DNA of 64,000 nt from Octopus sinensis. Its lineage: Eukaryota. The position numbers and the translations under genes were made by a program. Location of the stretch: NCBI RefSeq assembly GCF_006345805.1, contig NC_042998.1:80786001-80850000 (forward strand), written 5' to 3'. Below, piece after piece: positions 1 to 23,844 of the stretch. Positions within the stretch are counted from its first letter, which is position 1, and each line of letters starts with the position of its first letter. Below the pieces are notes generated by a model, which made no database searches, had not been told where the DNA came from, and saw only the letters and a list, made by a program, of their open reading frames with translations.

Positions 1-159
1 TGAAAATAAAAAAATAAAAAAATATGTAAATTGCACCTGTTTTTCAAGATCCAATTTATTTATGTAACATCAATTAATTGCAATGTATCTTTAAAATATT
101 GTAGGTTATATGTATATATTCAAAGGATTCTTACATTAAGTAACCGACAGAAAACAAAA

Positions 160-873
160 CCCTCCAACCACGGCCTCCAGACGACTTTGGAATTTCCCGT
201 AACTCTTCTGGACGGTTTCCTTGTTTAAGTTGGTGAATACTGCCATAATCCTTGTCTTCAATTAATCTTTGGTCTCTTGCTCAACTGTACCCTGCGCATA
301 ATAATCAAGGGAGCTGCAGTCTGGGGAGTTAGATGTTAGGGGTGATGTGGTCGCAGAAATTGTCTGACAGCCATGACTGGGTTCTCCTGCTTGTGTGGCA
401 TGATGCAAAGTCCTGTTGCTAGACATAGGATCATCCAGCAGCTACCCTCTTGACCCAGGGCAGCACTGCCTCCTCCAGGCACTTGTTGTAGGTCTCCGTG
501 TTGAGTTTGAGGCTGTGTGGGAAGATGGAGTGGTGACATAACGTCACCATCACTAGTGATCACTCCAAACACTATGATGTTGAAAGGATGTTTGATTTTT
601 GTCATTCTCGGTACATGTCCTCAGACTGCATTGACCTCAGTTTGACACCAAAAATACTCTGAAATATTCATATTGGAGCTTCCGGTGTGAATGCCAAGCA
701 GTACAGCATGTCGTTTCCAAATTTCTGGCAGAGTGAATTGCGTCATAGTGCTGTTTTTCTCACAGACGGTGCCCAACTGACACTACTGTGTTATGTAGTC
801 AACAAAATTAAAAAAATGCGCATGCGCGAAATTTAAAAATATAAATTGGCGGCAATTTACCTATCGCACCCTA
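160..873 (-). mobile_element. Internally deleted Tc1/mariner (maT/DD37D-like) DNA transposon remnant
   Basis: Minus-strand fragments read MTQFTLPEIWKRHAVLLG, KHPFNIIVFGVITSDGDVM, SPDCSPLDY and ARIMAVFTNLNKETVQK, broken by frameshifts. A TIR-like end (minus TAGGGTGCGATAGGTAAATTGCCGCC) lies at 847-873 next to TA; the other TIR was not found. Confidence 0.75.
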
Positions 874-1769
874 TATATATATATAACACAAAGTTATTTT
901 ATTCCACATGAGCACACATACAGAGAAAAGAGTAGAAGACAATGCAATGGGATTCGTTTAGAGATATTTTGAAACTTTCAAGATTTAACCAGTTTCACAG
1001 GTTTCTCTGATTGTCAAAAGTTGAGATAGAAAGACTTCAAGCTATGATGCAACTGTCTTCCTTTCTCAATTTTTAAAGATCAGAAATATCTATGAAGCCA
1101 GTTGTGTCTTTAAAAAAATTAAAAATAATAACTCTAAACGATTCCCAGTACATTTTAAATTTCTCTTCCTCCCCACTCTCTCTTTAATTGAGAAATTGGT
1201 ATCTCTAACACTAAGAAATAGTGTGTTTAAAATTCTGTTCTAATAATTATGTGGCCGAGATTAAAGAGAAAGGCATGGCAACGATCTTTTTGACTTCTAT
1301 TCTTTGTTATAAATTCATCTTCGTGACTGATGATAATCCTGAATTTATTTTAGTTTCTTTTACAGAATAATAATGATACATGGCTTAAATAACTACCATT
1401 CGCTATTATTTCGCAGTTAGCTAAAAATTGCCTTGCGTTGACTCAACTACATTGATGATACAACGTGTTAAATCTCTGTGTCTCTTTCTCCAACTTTTTG
1501 ACTGTTGAAACAAAATACAGGTGCCATTGTGTCTGTCATCAAATCTGGGAACCCTACAACGGAAACTCTTTTGCAAACGTTGTTAGTTACGTGACACACA
1601 TACATACTCACACATGCACACGCACACGCACACGCAGTCATACACACACAAACACACAAATTATGCAACAAGCCTCCTCTTTAAACTCAAGCGTCATTTT
1701 GTATTTAAATATTTTTTACATTATTTCTGATTTCTAAAACTTATAAGAGTTTTCTTTTTGGCATTTCAG

Positions 1770-13404
<11,635 letters not shown>

Positions 13405-13708
13405 TTTTTCCAAAATATGATGATTTTGTTTCTATAAATAATGAAAATTACTTCAACGTTTCCTGTTATTTTTCTATTTAATATTTCATTTCACTTTTTA
13501 CTCTTGGCTTCATTTCGAAAATATCCTATTTACAATTTGCATATTACGGCAAGTTTTTTTTCAGAAAAGTATTTTCAAATTTTAGTAATACAGTGTATAT
13601 GAAAGGTATATGGTAATAGAGCAGAAATTGCCATTATATAGTATAATAGCTAGTCTACACATTTTAACTATATTTCACCTATATTTAAATAGTACTTTAT
13701 ATATATAT

Positions 13709-13800
13709 ATTAATGGCTGATGAGTGCTCAGCATTCTAAAACTGTTGTAATGCTTACAACATTTAATAAAATGATGTAGTGCGAAACGATCGTACCAAAT
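13709..13800 (+). ncRNA. Type I hammerhead ribozyme candidate with intact core, 3' of gene A
   Basis: ATT(AA)TGG-CTGATGA-GTGCT...AGTGC-GAAA-CGATCG-TA-CCAAAT. Inner helix II includes CAGCATT/AATGATG and a perfect TGTTGTAA-tgc-TTACAACA hairpin; predicted cleavage after GUA (13794). Confidence 0.75.
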
Positions 13801-13829
13801 TACCAAAGTTATTCTTGTTGCTTATTTTG

Positions 13830-13885
<56 letters not shown>

Positions 13886-13886
13886 T

Positions 13887-14157
13887 GGCGATCCACTTCG
13901 GTCATGACTGACCATGGGATTGCACCTACGAAGTTACCCTCCCAGGCACAAGTCCGGGCAAGGTCGTTTATGGAAGACCAGCAGTCGCCCATGCATACCG
14001 GCCTTCCCTCTCCAGCCCACCAGTGTTATCCAAGAGAAAGGCAAAGGCCGATACAGCTTGGTACCTGTGACGTCGCACAACTCGCAGCCCGGTCCGGGAT
14101 TCGAACTCACAACCTCACGATCGTAAGCTCGACTCTCTAACCACTGAGCCATGCGCC
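13887..14157 (-). mobile_element. tRNA-derived SINE family D inserted in (TA)n
   Basis: Minus head GGCGCATGGCTCAGTGG (A-box) ... GTTCGAATCCC (B-box), then a non-tRNA body and tail; TA repeats on both sides. Confidence 0.85.
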
Positions 14158-14209
14158 GTCACTATATATATATATCAAAATTAGGCATAGTTAGTAAAAT
14201 GTTATTGCC

Positions 14210-14318
14210 ATCGTCATCGTCATCGTCATCGTCATCTTTTTCTTCTTCTTCTTCTTCTTCTTCTTCTTCTTCTTCTTCTTCTTCTTCTTCTCTTCTTCTT
14301 CTTCTTCTTCTTCTTCTC
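14210..14318. repeat. (TCA/TCG)n plus (TTC)n trinucleotide microsatellite
   Basis: Direct reading of the sequence. Confidence 0.95.
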
Positions 14319-17189
14319 CTTATTGTTATGAAAAAACTAAAATATATAAAAAAAACAACTAAAGTATATAAACGTCACTGAACTGACGCATTTAATAGTA
14401 AATAGCTTTGTATTATGGGGAAAATGCATCACTCATCCAACGAAGACCACAGTTCAACAATAATTTGATGTATAAAAATGTAGGATAAGCAATAGAATGA
14501 GCCAAACAAGGTTGGTTTTAAGTGCATCAAGGAATCAACTCACACCTCATGAATTACTGAACATGATCATTCTTGTTTAATTTCTTCGGCAAACACTAAC
14601 ATCAGCTTACCACATATATTTGTATTTCATTGGTTCTGGTAAATTTTTCCTTAGATTTTGAGTCTTGTTTAAAATGCTCTGCTTGTTGTCCCTGAAATGA
14701 TAGAGAAAAAAATTTTAATGGTTGTAACGAAACTAAACTTGTATACTCATATTACTGTCAGAAAAAATATAGTAACGTCGGGGAAGAAGTAAGTATCTTG
14801 CCTGATCATCATTGTTTTCAGATGTGTTGTCATCCAAATCCTTTTTCTGAATTTGTGTGATAGTTACTCAGGTATTTCTCTTCAAAAGGTAAACTCATAA
14901 ATCTTCCATTTTTCATTAATATTCTTAGGTTAGGCCTATCGACCTTTCTTGCTGTCAATTTTTCTCGACTTCGAGCGAGAAATTTTCCACAGATATTTGA
15001 AACAGTCACCTAAATTATCTAAACCTCTCATATCTTTTTATCATATGGATTACTGGGAAGCAAGATATTTCTCTGGTGTTACAAGGAGGGAACTCATGAA
15101 GTTATGCACTCCACCACCACCGGAATCTCTTCTTTCTGGCCATTCCTTTCTCCTCAATGACTTTTTCCCTTTAGTTTGACTGCCCCTTAATCACACACGA
15201 AGATGGAAATATACTGTAATTGCTTTGTTATCCGAACAATATACACTACCTTTTCAAAGCAACACAAAGCGCCATATTTAAAATCAGCATCTTAAAAGTA
15301 GTTTAAAACAACCTTCAAAAAGGCGTAACCATCTGACCACAAATTGCAGTGAGGGATGGAGATGACTATGAGCATAGGCGGAGAATACAATGAAAGAATA
15401 TGATATTTAAGTTTAAGATTATTTATATAGAAATAAACAATAGCATTGATGATATGAGGGGTCCTTGAAATGTTAAAAGTAAAGAAGCCGAGAGTGGTAT
15501 GTAGGACAACTGGATGTGTTTGTCTTATCAATTCTGAGAATATTTCCACTGCTTTCTGTCAGTAAGTATGCCTAATTAATATTCCCACAGAATAAATCTG
15601 CATAATGGGCTATATTGTAGATAATTGATGCAAACATCAAAACAATAGAGAATAGAAAAAGAAAAGGCAGATTGTATGTTAGAAGAAAATATGTTTTATA
15701 GCTTCTAAAATTTTCCTTTAAAATTTAATTTAAAATTGGTTGAACAATGGAATCATTCTTAAGCATCTTCATTATATTAAAAGCAAAGCAAAACAAAACA
15801 AAACAACAACAAAAAACAATCAATATACCTGCAATTACTAAATAATTTTGTGTTCTCAGAAATTCTTCTCTATTTTAATGAGAAATGCTGGTTCTACTTC
15901 TACCATTAACGCCTGTGTAGACGCTCGGGCATTCATCCGTCTCGTGATAGATGCAAGGTCCTATTCGGAAGGTCTGTTGTTCTTATACAGGTGAAAGAGA
16001 AAATATCTTCGAATTTCTCCTTTGGAATTTCTCTATTCATTTTAGAGAATTTATTCTTACCCGCAAGAATTATAAGTTGTTGATGTTATGAGAATTTTAT
16101 AAGTTGATGTTATGAGAATTTTATAAGAGAGAACGCAAAATAATTCTCTCTTTTTTTTGGGAACGGTAGATCTCGAAGTAGATAAAGCTATAAATAATGG
16201 CGTTTAAATATATTTTAACTCCATATTTACACGCTATTAATTATAACTATATCTGTTTCGAGATTCATAATTCTAAAATAGAATTATAAGTTTAGTTAAT
16301 TGCTCATTAAAATTTTACGGTTAAAGAATATACAGCTGAAACTCTGAATGAAAACACATTGTTTGAAAAAGAGAACTCCTTTCTATAATCTTTTTGTGAA
16401 TTGCATTATAAACATACCCCCACACACTAAAAAAAAATCTATGTACAAAAACCTGATGTCACATAATTTAATAGTAACAATCTTTCAGTGAATTATCTGA
16501 GCTTGATGTTGAACAAGTCCCTAAACCATTAAATCAAATTTTGTTGACGTGAGACGTAAACCTTCTGTCTTTGAAATACTGAAATCATTTCAGGATTTAT
16601 TTAATACATGATTTATCTGGTAGAAGACCATTTCGGCAAGACATGAGATAGGAAATGAGAAAAAGCATTCAACTTTGAACCATAAGTTCGGATATCTTAC
16701 AATAATGCTATTATTTACCCACATGACTTTATAACACGGTTTTTGCATTGTTTTGGTTTCAGTATCATATTATAATACGGGAAGGTCTTCAACTAACCTA
16801 GGATCCATCACCTGATCTATGTCAATAATAAAGGGAATTAATCGGTGAATTGTCACACTCGTTAAAGCATTGGCTAGAATGCCTTAGGCTCTGAGTTCAA
16901 ACACTGCCCCTCATGCTTTCGGTGTCGATATAAAAAGACGGGGGATTGGAGAAACAGTTAGAGGTTCGAGAGAGATGTCTTACATTATCTGTTCCGCGTC
17001 TGCGTTTTAACAGCACTGGTGTCAAGATGTATCTGCCCAAGTTGGCAGCTTGGACATCGGAGAAATATCAGTGGGAGAAAGAAGAATTGCAGTTACGGTA
17101 AACTACCAGTTTACTTTTAAAGTGTTGTTCAGACATGCACATACATGTTCAGATGAATAGTCAGCCTTCAACGGCGAATGATCTGTATT

Positions 17190-17410
17190 TAATGGTTTTA
17201 AATTTTGGCACAAGGCCAGCAATTTTAAGGGAGGAAACTGATAAGTCAATTATATCGACTTTAGTTCTCAACTGGTGTTTATTTTATCAATCCCGAAAAG
17301 ATGAAGGGCAAATTTAATCTCGGCGGAATCTGAACTCAGAACGTAAAGAGACGGAACAAATGTCGCTAAGCATTTCGTCCGATGCGCTCGCGATTCTGTT
17401 TGCCTACCAC
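17190..17410 (-). mobile_element. SINE family A monomer, degenerate
   Basis: CCCGAAAAGATGAAGGGC...CTCGGCGGAATCTGAACTCAGAACGTAA matches the family A reverse complement. Confidence 0.75.
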
Positions 17411-19189
17411 GCTTTTTATCTGTTTATTATGAAGGAATCAAAGAAGATCCAGTGGGAAACATTTACGTTAATCGTGGTTCCGAGACACCTGGATCAAATT
17501 TCACGTTTGTCAAGAATTGGATAATCGCTAATAATAATCTGTCAATTGTACTGAATTTAAAAATGGCTCTCAGAAAGATCATTGACACCTGCACATGATT
17601 TCTAAATTTTAAAAATATTATCAACCTAATTTATTTCCAAATGGGTAGGTAACTTAGTTCTAACAATTAGTGTCTACACTTGTGAATGCAGATATGGCAA
17701 TGAGACTGAGAAGTCTGCTTCAGAATCATGTAGTGGGGTCTTCCGTCCAATTGCGTGGACGCTTTTGACTGGCTTTGGGAATGAAACTGGTTGACGGAAA
17801 CGGAAGAAGCCTGTCGTGAGCGTGTACATGCATGCATACATGTATGTATGTATGTATGTATGTATGTATGTATGTATGTATGTATGTATGTATGTATGTA
17901 TGTATGTATGTATGCATGTGTGTATGAGGTGTGCGTGTGTGTTATGTGTATGTGTGTGTGCGTGTGCGTGCGTGCGCGTGTGTGTATGTATGTACATATG
18001 TGTATGTGAAGAGTTCTGATTTTCCCTCATCTTCAAATGCGCTCATGCAAAAAGCTTATTCGAAACGTATCATTTGTCTCCAGTTCTCCGTATAACCATA
18101 TCCGGACTGTTTGTAGTTCGACAGCCTGGGAGATTAGTACGTTGGTGAAGTTAGCATTAGGAAAGGCATCCAGCTGAAGAAAACCTTTCCTATTCTTATT
18201 CACGTAAAATAAGTACACCAACGTGTAAGATGAAAATTAAGATATTGAATTAATTAATTAATTTCTATATTAAAAAACTATATTAAATAAAATGCAAATC
18301 GTTTTAAAATTTATAATCAAGAAATCTTATAATTCTGATTATGTCAATTTGTTTTATCTGTTGACAATGTTAATTTGCTTAATAACATTATTTGAATTTA
18401 ATTGTGAGATAATTACATGAATATTTTAAGCCTTTCAGGCTCCTTTCTTTAATGAAATACATACACTGGTTATGAGTGTGCTTCAAATATGTGAAAAAAA
18501 AATGGTCAACAATTTTGAAAGATATTCACCAAATAGCAAGCTTTTTCATTATAAAGCTGGTGTTAAAATATAACTTTACAGAAGTATGCAAATAAATTAC
18601 AATAAAAAGCTTAATTTAAATATGAACGTTTTAAAATAACAATTATTTTGTTATTTTAAGAGACGTTCAGAGTTAATAGATTCAGGCAGTTTGGTAAGTG
18701 GAACATGATCAGATTTTCTTTGAAAAGTTATAATAAAGAGCGGTATAGATTAAAGTTTATTATGTTGAGAAAATAAAGTTGCAGGACGTAATTGATATAA
18801 AATTGCGTTAGATAAGAACTGAAACTAAATTAAGACAAAAAACTGGATCTAAAGTTTGTATAAATTAATGATAAATGTTTTAGTAAAGAAACACTACAAA
18901 CATATGTGCTCAATTTCGGTTTATTCAAAAGATATCTAAAATAAAAATATCTTGCTTTGACAGAAATAATATATGTGGAGTAAAAGATTAGTTTGTCTCT
19001 GCTGAATTCTACTTCCAGATAGCTTGCTTATATTCATGTAAGCCTACACAACTTTTAGACATGTATAAGAAAATTGCCTTGCAAATACATGAACAAATAT
19101 ATACAAGACTCACAGGATTTATCAATCGTTCCATGAATGGCATCTACGGGTTTTCCTGATTTGTTAGAAATGTTTAGTCCACGTTAGTC

Positions 19190-19402
19190 CGTAAGAAGCA
19201 TAGGGATACTTTCCCGGTTTCCCTGGTGTATATTTTCCTCCTTGGACAGGACACCGGTCAGTCACAAGATTACTTATGTCTGCCAATTCAGTGGATTGGA
19301 GCATCGTGAAAGGAAGTGTTTTGCTCAAGAACACAACACGTCGACCGCTCCTGGAATTGAAACCACAATCCCATAATTATGAGTCCAATACCCGAACCAT
19401 TC
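19190..19402 (-). mobile_element. Degenerate tRNA/CORE-like SINE
   Basis: Minus reads tRNA-like head...GTGGTTTCAATTCCAGG...TTGTGTTCTTGAGCAAAACACTTCC...GCTCCAATCCAC. Confidence 0.6.
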
Positions 19403-19469
19403 GTTTGTTAGAAATATTTACGCCATTCTTTTGTGAAAGATAGTTGCAAATATTCTCCAAATTAAACCA

Positions 19470-19517
<48 letters not shown>

Positions 19518-19830
19518 ATATATATAAGATACCTTACTTGGGTTTTGGAATACAGCAATATACATCAATAACCTTCAAAGCATTTCATTATTGAGGCTAG
19601 ACTCAAGAATAGTTCAAAAAATTAGTGTCTACATTTGTGAATGCAGATATGGCAGTGAACCATTCGAAAAACATAAGAATACCAAGAAGCAAATGACAAC
19701 CATAGGGCAAACGAAACTTAAGTTCAGAAACAGAATCAATCTAATATTAAGAGAACCTTAACCTCTTCATAAGAACTAAATTTTCCAATTCAGATTAAAA
19801 CATATACATAAAAATAGATATGTCATATAT

Positions 19831-19971
<141 letters not shown>

Positions 19972-20025
19972 AGAAATTAAAAAAGGAAAATACGCACACT
20001 TACATGGTTATAATATAATTTTTAA

Positions 20026-20062
20026 TATATCGACCGGTTTCGCAATCGCTATTCATGATATA
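20026..20062 (-). ncRNA. Minimal type I hammerhead candidate with an A3-U8 core variant
   Basis: Minus: TATATC-ATGAATA-GC-GATT-GC-GAAA-CCGG-TC-GATATA; 6 bp helix I, palindromic ACCGGT helix III, GUC site. Confidence 0.55.
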
Positions 20063-20135
20063 ATGTTTAATTTATATGAATATATATTTTTTCTTAAGAA
20101 GAAATTTGGTTCATGTTGTTTGTAATGAAATTCAC

Positions 20136-20210
<75 letters not shown>

Positions 20211-20305
20211 AAGAATATATATGTTATCTATATACATGTATGTGTATACACAAACACACACAAACAATGTATGTATGTATGTATGTATGTATGTATGTAT
20301 GTATG

Positions 20306-20362
<57 letters not shown>

Positions 20363-20431
20363 GTATTTATGTATGTACGAACACACACACACATATATAT
20401 ATATATTATATATATGTATTTATGTATGTAC

Positions 20432-20513
<82 letters not shown>

Positions 20514-20539
20514 ATACATACAAGAGTAAGCACATAAAG

Positions 20540-21075
20540 GCAAAACAAGGTGGAAAAAATAGTACTCGTATACCAGAGGTAGAATAATATGCTTTATTAA
20601 AAAGCAGCAAAAATATCACAAAAACTGTTACCCAGTCGGACAGTTTTGTTTAAAATGGAGCAAAGTAAAGTTATATGCAGAAATACAATTGCTTTGATAG
20701 ACACACATTTGAAAATAGTTTTGTTTCGTTGGTCCTTTCAACTATCATCTTTTCAATAACAAATTGCGGTTTAAAATCATATTATTATAAAAATCGAAGA
20801 AAGCCCTAAATCAAAAATAGCTTATAAAGAAGGAAAAGGCATGAATACCCAGGGTAAATAATTAGCTGTAAAATATTAATAAATTAATAAATTAAAAGAT
20901 ATATCCGTTAAAAAAAAATTCGCGCTAGATTACATATACATTTACCAATATATACACATACCAAACAATCTATGATATACGTATATACACTAAACATACA
21001 AACGCAGATACATGGTTACATACATATATAGACATATATAGGCAAGACATAAATATATACAAATGCATATATATG
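20540..21075 (-). repeat. Penelope-like non-coding repeat, copy 1 (homologous to 23150-23640)
   Basis: Co-linear shared blocks: CTTTATT(A/G)AAAAGCAG, AAAACTGTTAC, TTGTTTC(G/A)TTGGTCCTTTCAA, TTATAAAATCG(A/T)AGAAA, AAGACATAAATATA. Confidence 0.6.
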
Positions 21076-21076
21076 T

Positions 21077-22005
21077 ATGTTCAACTTCAATAGAATGTTC
21101 CTCCTTTAGCTGTGAGAATTGGTGCATTATCACCCTGAAAGATTGCGTTTCACTCCGGAAACAGTTCCACAACCATAGGATGAATTTGACCAGATAAAAT
21201 GCTTAAATAGTCTTGACTATTTATTCTGCCATGAAAGGAAACCATTGGGTCGGCGGATTTCCAAGATATAGCCCACCAGATTATCACCGATCCAGGCAGT
21301 CTGGATCAAATACTTCTCCACACGTATACTCAGCCAGTGGTCGGAAATAAGGTAAAGATGACTCGTCTGATAAAATAATATTCTACCACTACACTAGGGA
21401 CCAATTCTGTAGATTTTTACTCCGCTCTAAACGCTTTGCAACGTTTGTTTTTGAAAGTAGTGGCTTTCTGATTGCAGCCCTCTTATGAAATCCAACTTTG
21501 TGCAGCTCTCGTCGAACAGATTTTGGGGTAAGTGGGTTCTCGAGGTGGTCATTAAGCTCTGCAGTAATTTTGGGAGCTGTACTTTTATGATCCTTTTTAA
21601 CAATTCGCGTAAGGGTCCGACGGTCCATATCTGAAAGTTTTGGTTTTCTTCTGGAGTTTTGTTTCGACGGGGAGGTTTTTTGCTCTTTCTTAAAAGCTGT
21701 CAATACTTTCGAGACAGTACTTCTTGATACATCAAACATTTCGGCTGTTTTCGTTACGCTAGCGCGTGCCATACGAGCATGAGCAGTTGAACCTCTTTGG
21801 AAGTATGATAGATCTGTCATTTTAATTACCTTTTTCTGATGATATTTGAAAAGAAACAGCAATTATATAGCAAAACATATTAAGCAACATTAATAATAAA
21901 TAAAAAAAAACATAAAAGTAAACAAGCTTTTGACGGTTTTATAGGTATTTCAAAATTATGATGCTATGATGTTAGGTGTTTCCATTAATTCGTCCAATCC
22001 CTGTA
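21077..22005 (-). mobile_element. Tc1-family transposon, 3'-truncated pseudo-copy
   Basis: ORF 21389-21862 gives the HTH region (TDLSYFQRG...VRRELHKVGFHKRAAIRKPLLS); further in-frame fragments INSQDYLSIL and FQGDNAP; 5' TIR (minus CAGGGATTGGACGAATTAATGGAAACACC) with TA at 22004-22005. Confidence 0.85.
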
Positions 22006-22019
22006 TACACACACACACA

Positions 22020-22073
<54 letters not shown>

Positions 22074-22085
22074 TATACATATATA

Positions 22086-22240
22086 CGACGGGCTTCTTTC
22101 AGTTTACGCCTACCAAATCCACTCACAAGGCTTTGGTCGGCCCGAGGCTACAGTACAAGACACTTGCCCAAGGTGCCACGCAGTGGGACTGAACCGGAAC
22201 CATGTGGCTGGTAAGCAAGCTACTTGCCACACAGCCACTT
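22086..22240 (-). mobile_element. SINE family C 5' half
   Basis: Minus GTGGCTGTGTGGCAAGTAGCTTGCTTACC...GGTTCAGTCCCACTGCGTGGCACCTTGGGCAAGTGTCTT (CORE-like CCTTGGGCAAG). Confidence 0.85.
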
Positions 22241-22247
22241 CTACCCC

Positions 22248-22281
<34 letters not shown>

Positions 22282-22301
22282 TGTATGTATGTATATATAT
22301 A

Positions 22302-22357
<56 letters not shown>

Positions 22358-22597
22358 TATATGAATAAATAAATGGAGTTTAACGCAGGTGTAAATCAAA
22401 TATTTCTACTTTCGACACATGTTGCGAAAATTCCAAAAGAATAAATGGTATAAACAATGTAATCTTCTCTTCGGGAAAGTGAAAAAAGCGAAACTCGTCA
22501 ATAAGACATTTTGGCAAAAAATGATGGATTTGTATAGCGATTGACAGAACGCTATTAATATTTTTTCCGTGTTAATTAACAAGGTAAAAATACACTC

Positions 22598-22646
<49 letters not shown>

Positions 22647-23063
22647 TGAGAGAGTTTGTATGTGAAAGCACGTGTTTGGTTGTATAAAAGACAAAAAAGA
22701 GTAAATAAACTACAGAAGGCTTGTGTTATATGGTTAAAGAATGTATTTAAATCGTTGTTAGAAAAATGCTACAAAATTTTACGTATAGAAACATTGTTTT
22801 TGGAGAAATAACCGGTTTTGTATTTTCTTTTCAAATTTCTCAAATTTTGTTACCTATACCGTGTCTTGTCTTCGCTATGTTGTGAGTTATGGAGTTCCAG
22901 ACAGGGGAAAGTAATCAGGGATTTTTTCCGGTATAAGGGAGATAATAAAAAATGTTGGGACTGACTAGGTTTTATTAATTTAACATAATTTGGTTTAGAA
23001 GGAATATAATGTTACTAGTGGTTAGGTTTTACTTTATATTTTTTCAATGAGGTGAGCTTCCTT

Positions 23064-23149
<86 letters not shown>

Positions 23150-23150
<1 letters not shown>

Positions 23151-23640
23151 CTTTATTGAAAAGCAGTAGAAAAAAAACTGTTACTCAGAGTTTCATGTTC
23201 CCGTTCGCCGGACAGCTTTGTTAAAGTGGAACAGAAATAACGATATAATCAAAACTAATTAAAGGATTCCTTTTAAAAATGGATTTGTTTCATTGGTCCT
23301 TTCAATTAACGGTCTGAAGCATGCAATGAACAAAATAAATGAATTCAATATAAATTCATTCTATTATAAAATCGTAGAAAACCTAAATCGCAGAGTAGAA
23401 TCAAAATACATATTGTAAATAATTATATACGAAATATAAGTCAATTAATACATTAAAATTAAAATCAAAATTTTCACGTTGCATTACATAAATATTTTAC
23501 AACAGTATATACTCATACTAGACCGTCTATAATATACATATATACATCAAAATACACAGATGTATGCACATAGTTATATATATATATATATATATATATG
23601 TAAGACATAAATATACACACAAATACACATATACATATAT
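23150..23640 (-). repeat. Penelope-like non-coding repeat, copy 2, with hammerhead-like motif at 23178-23215
   Basis: Homologous to 20540-21075. Minus motif CTGT-CCGGCGA-ACG-GGAA-CAT-GAAA-CTCTGAG-TA-ACAG (core altered at U4 and A6). Confidence 0.6.
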
Positions 23641-23844
23641 GCACGCAACCATGCCTGCGTACGAAAATCTCTTGGTGTATACATATAGAAGTCAGTTATA
23701 ACAGACAAGAGAGATATCTTAAACGTAGGGAGGGGTAAAGAAAAAAAGTAAGAAGGACCCTAAACGTAACAGCTAACGAAAAAAAGAGGGAATTAAGAGG
23801 GGAGAAGAGGAACGCATTGTTTGAGGACGCTATCAGAGTAACGA

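Noticed and set aside
1-1769. Search for exon 1 (signal peptide) of gene A
   Set aside because: I found no ATG-hydrophobic stretch ending in a phase-1 GT donor; it probably lies upstream of the window.
14085-14157. tRNA-like sequence with good A and B boxes
   Set aside because: Anticodon and acceptor stems do not pair, and it continues into a SINE body; it is a SINE head, not a tRNA gene.
15113-15129. Minus-strand 17 nt match to the GDSGGG codons of gene B exon 6 (GAGATTCCGGTGGTGGT)
   Set aside because: No acceptor site and no homology on either side; treated as chance, not a third protease exon.
16430-16700. Faint similarity to 48290-48500 that would extend the downstream duplication block
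   Set aside because: The matches are short and AT-rich; they cannot be separated from chance without an alignment.
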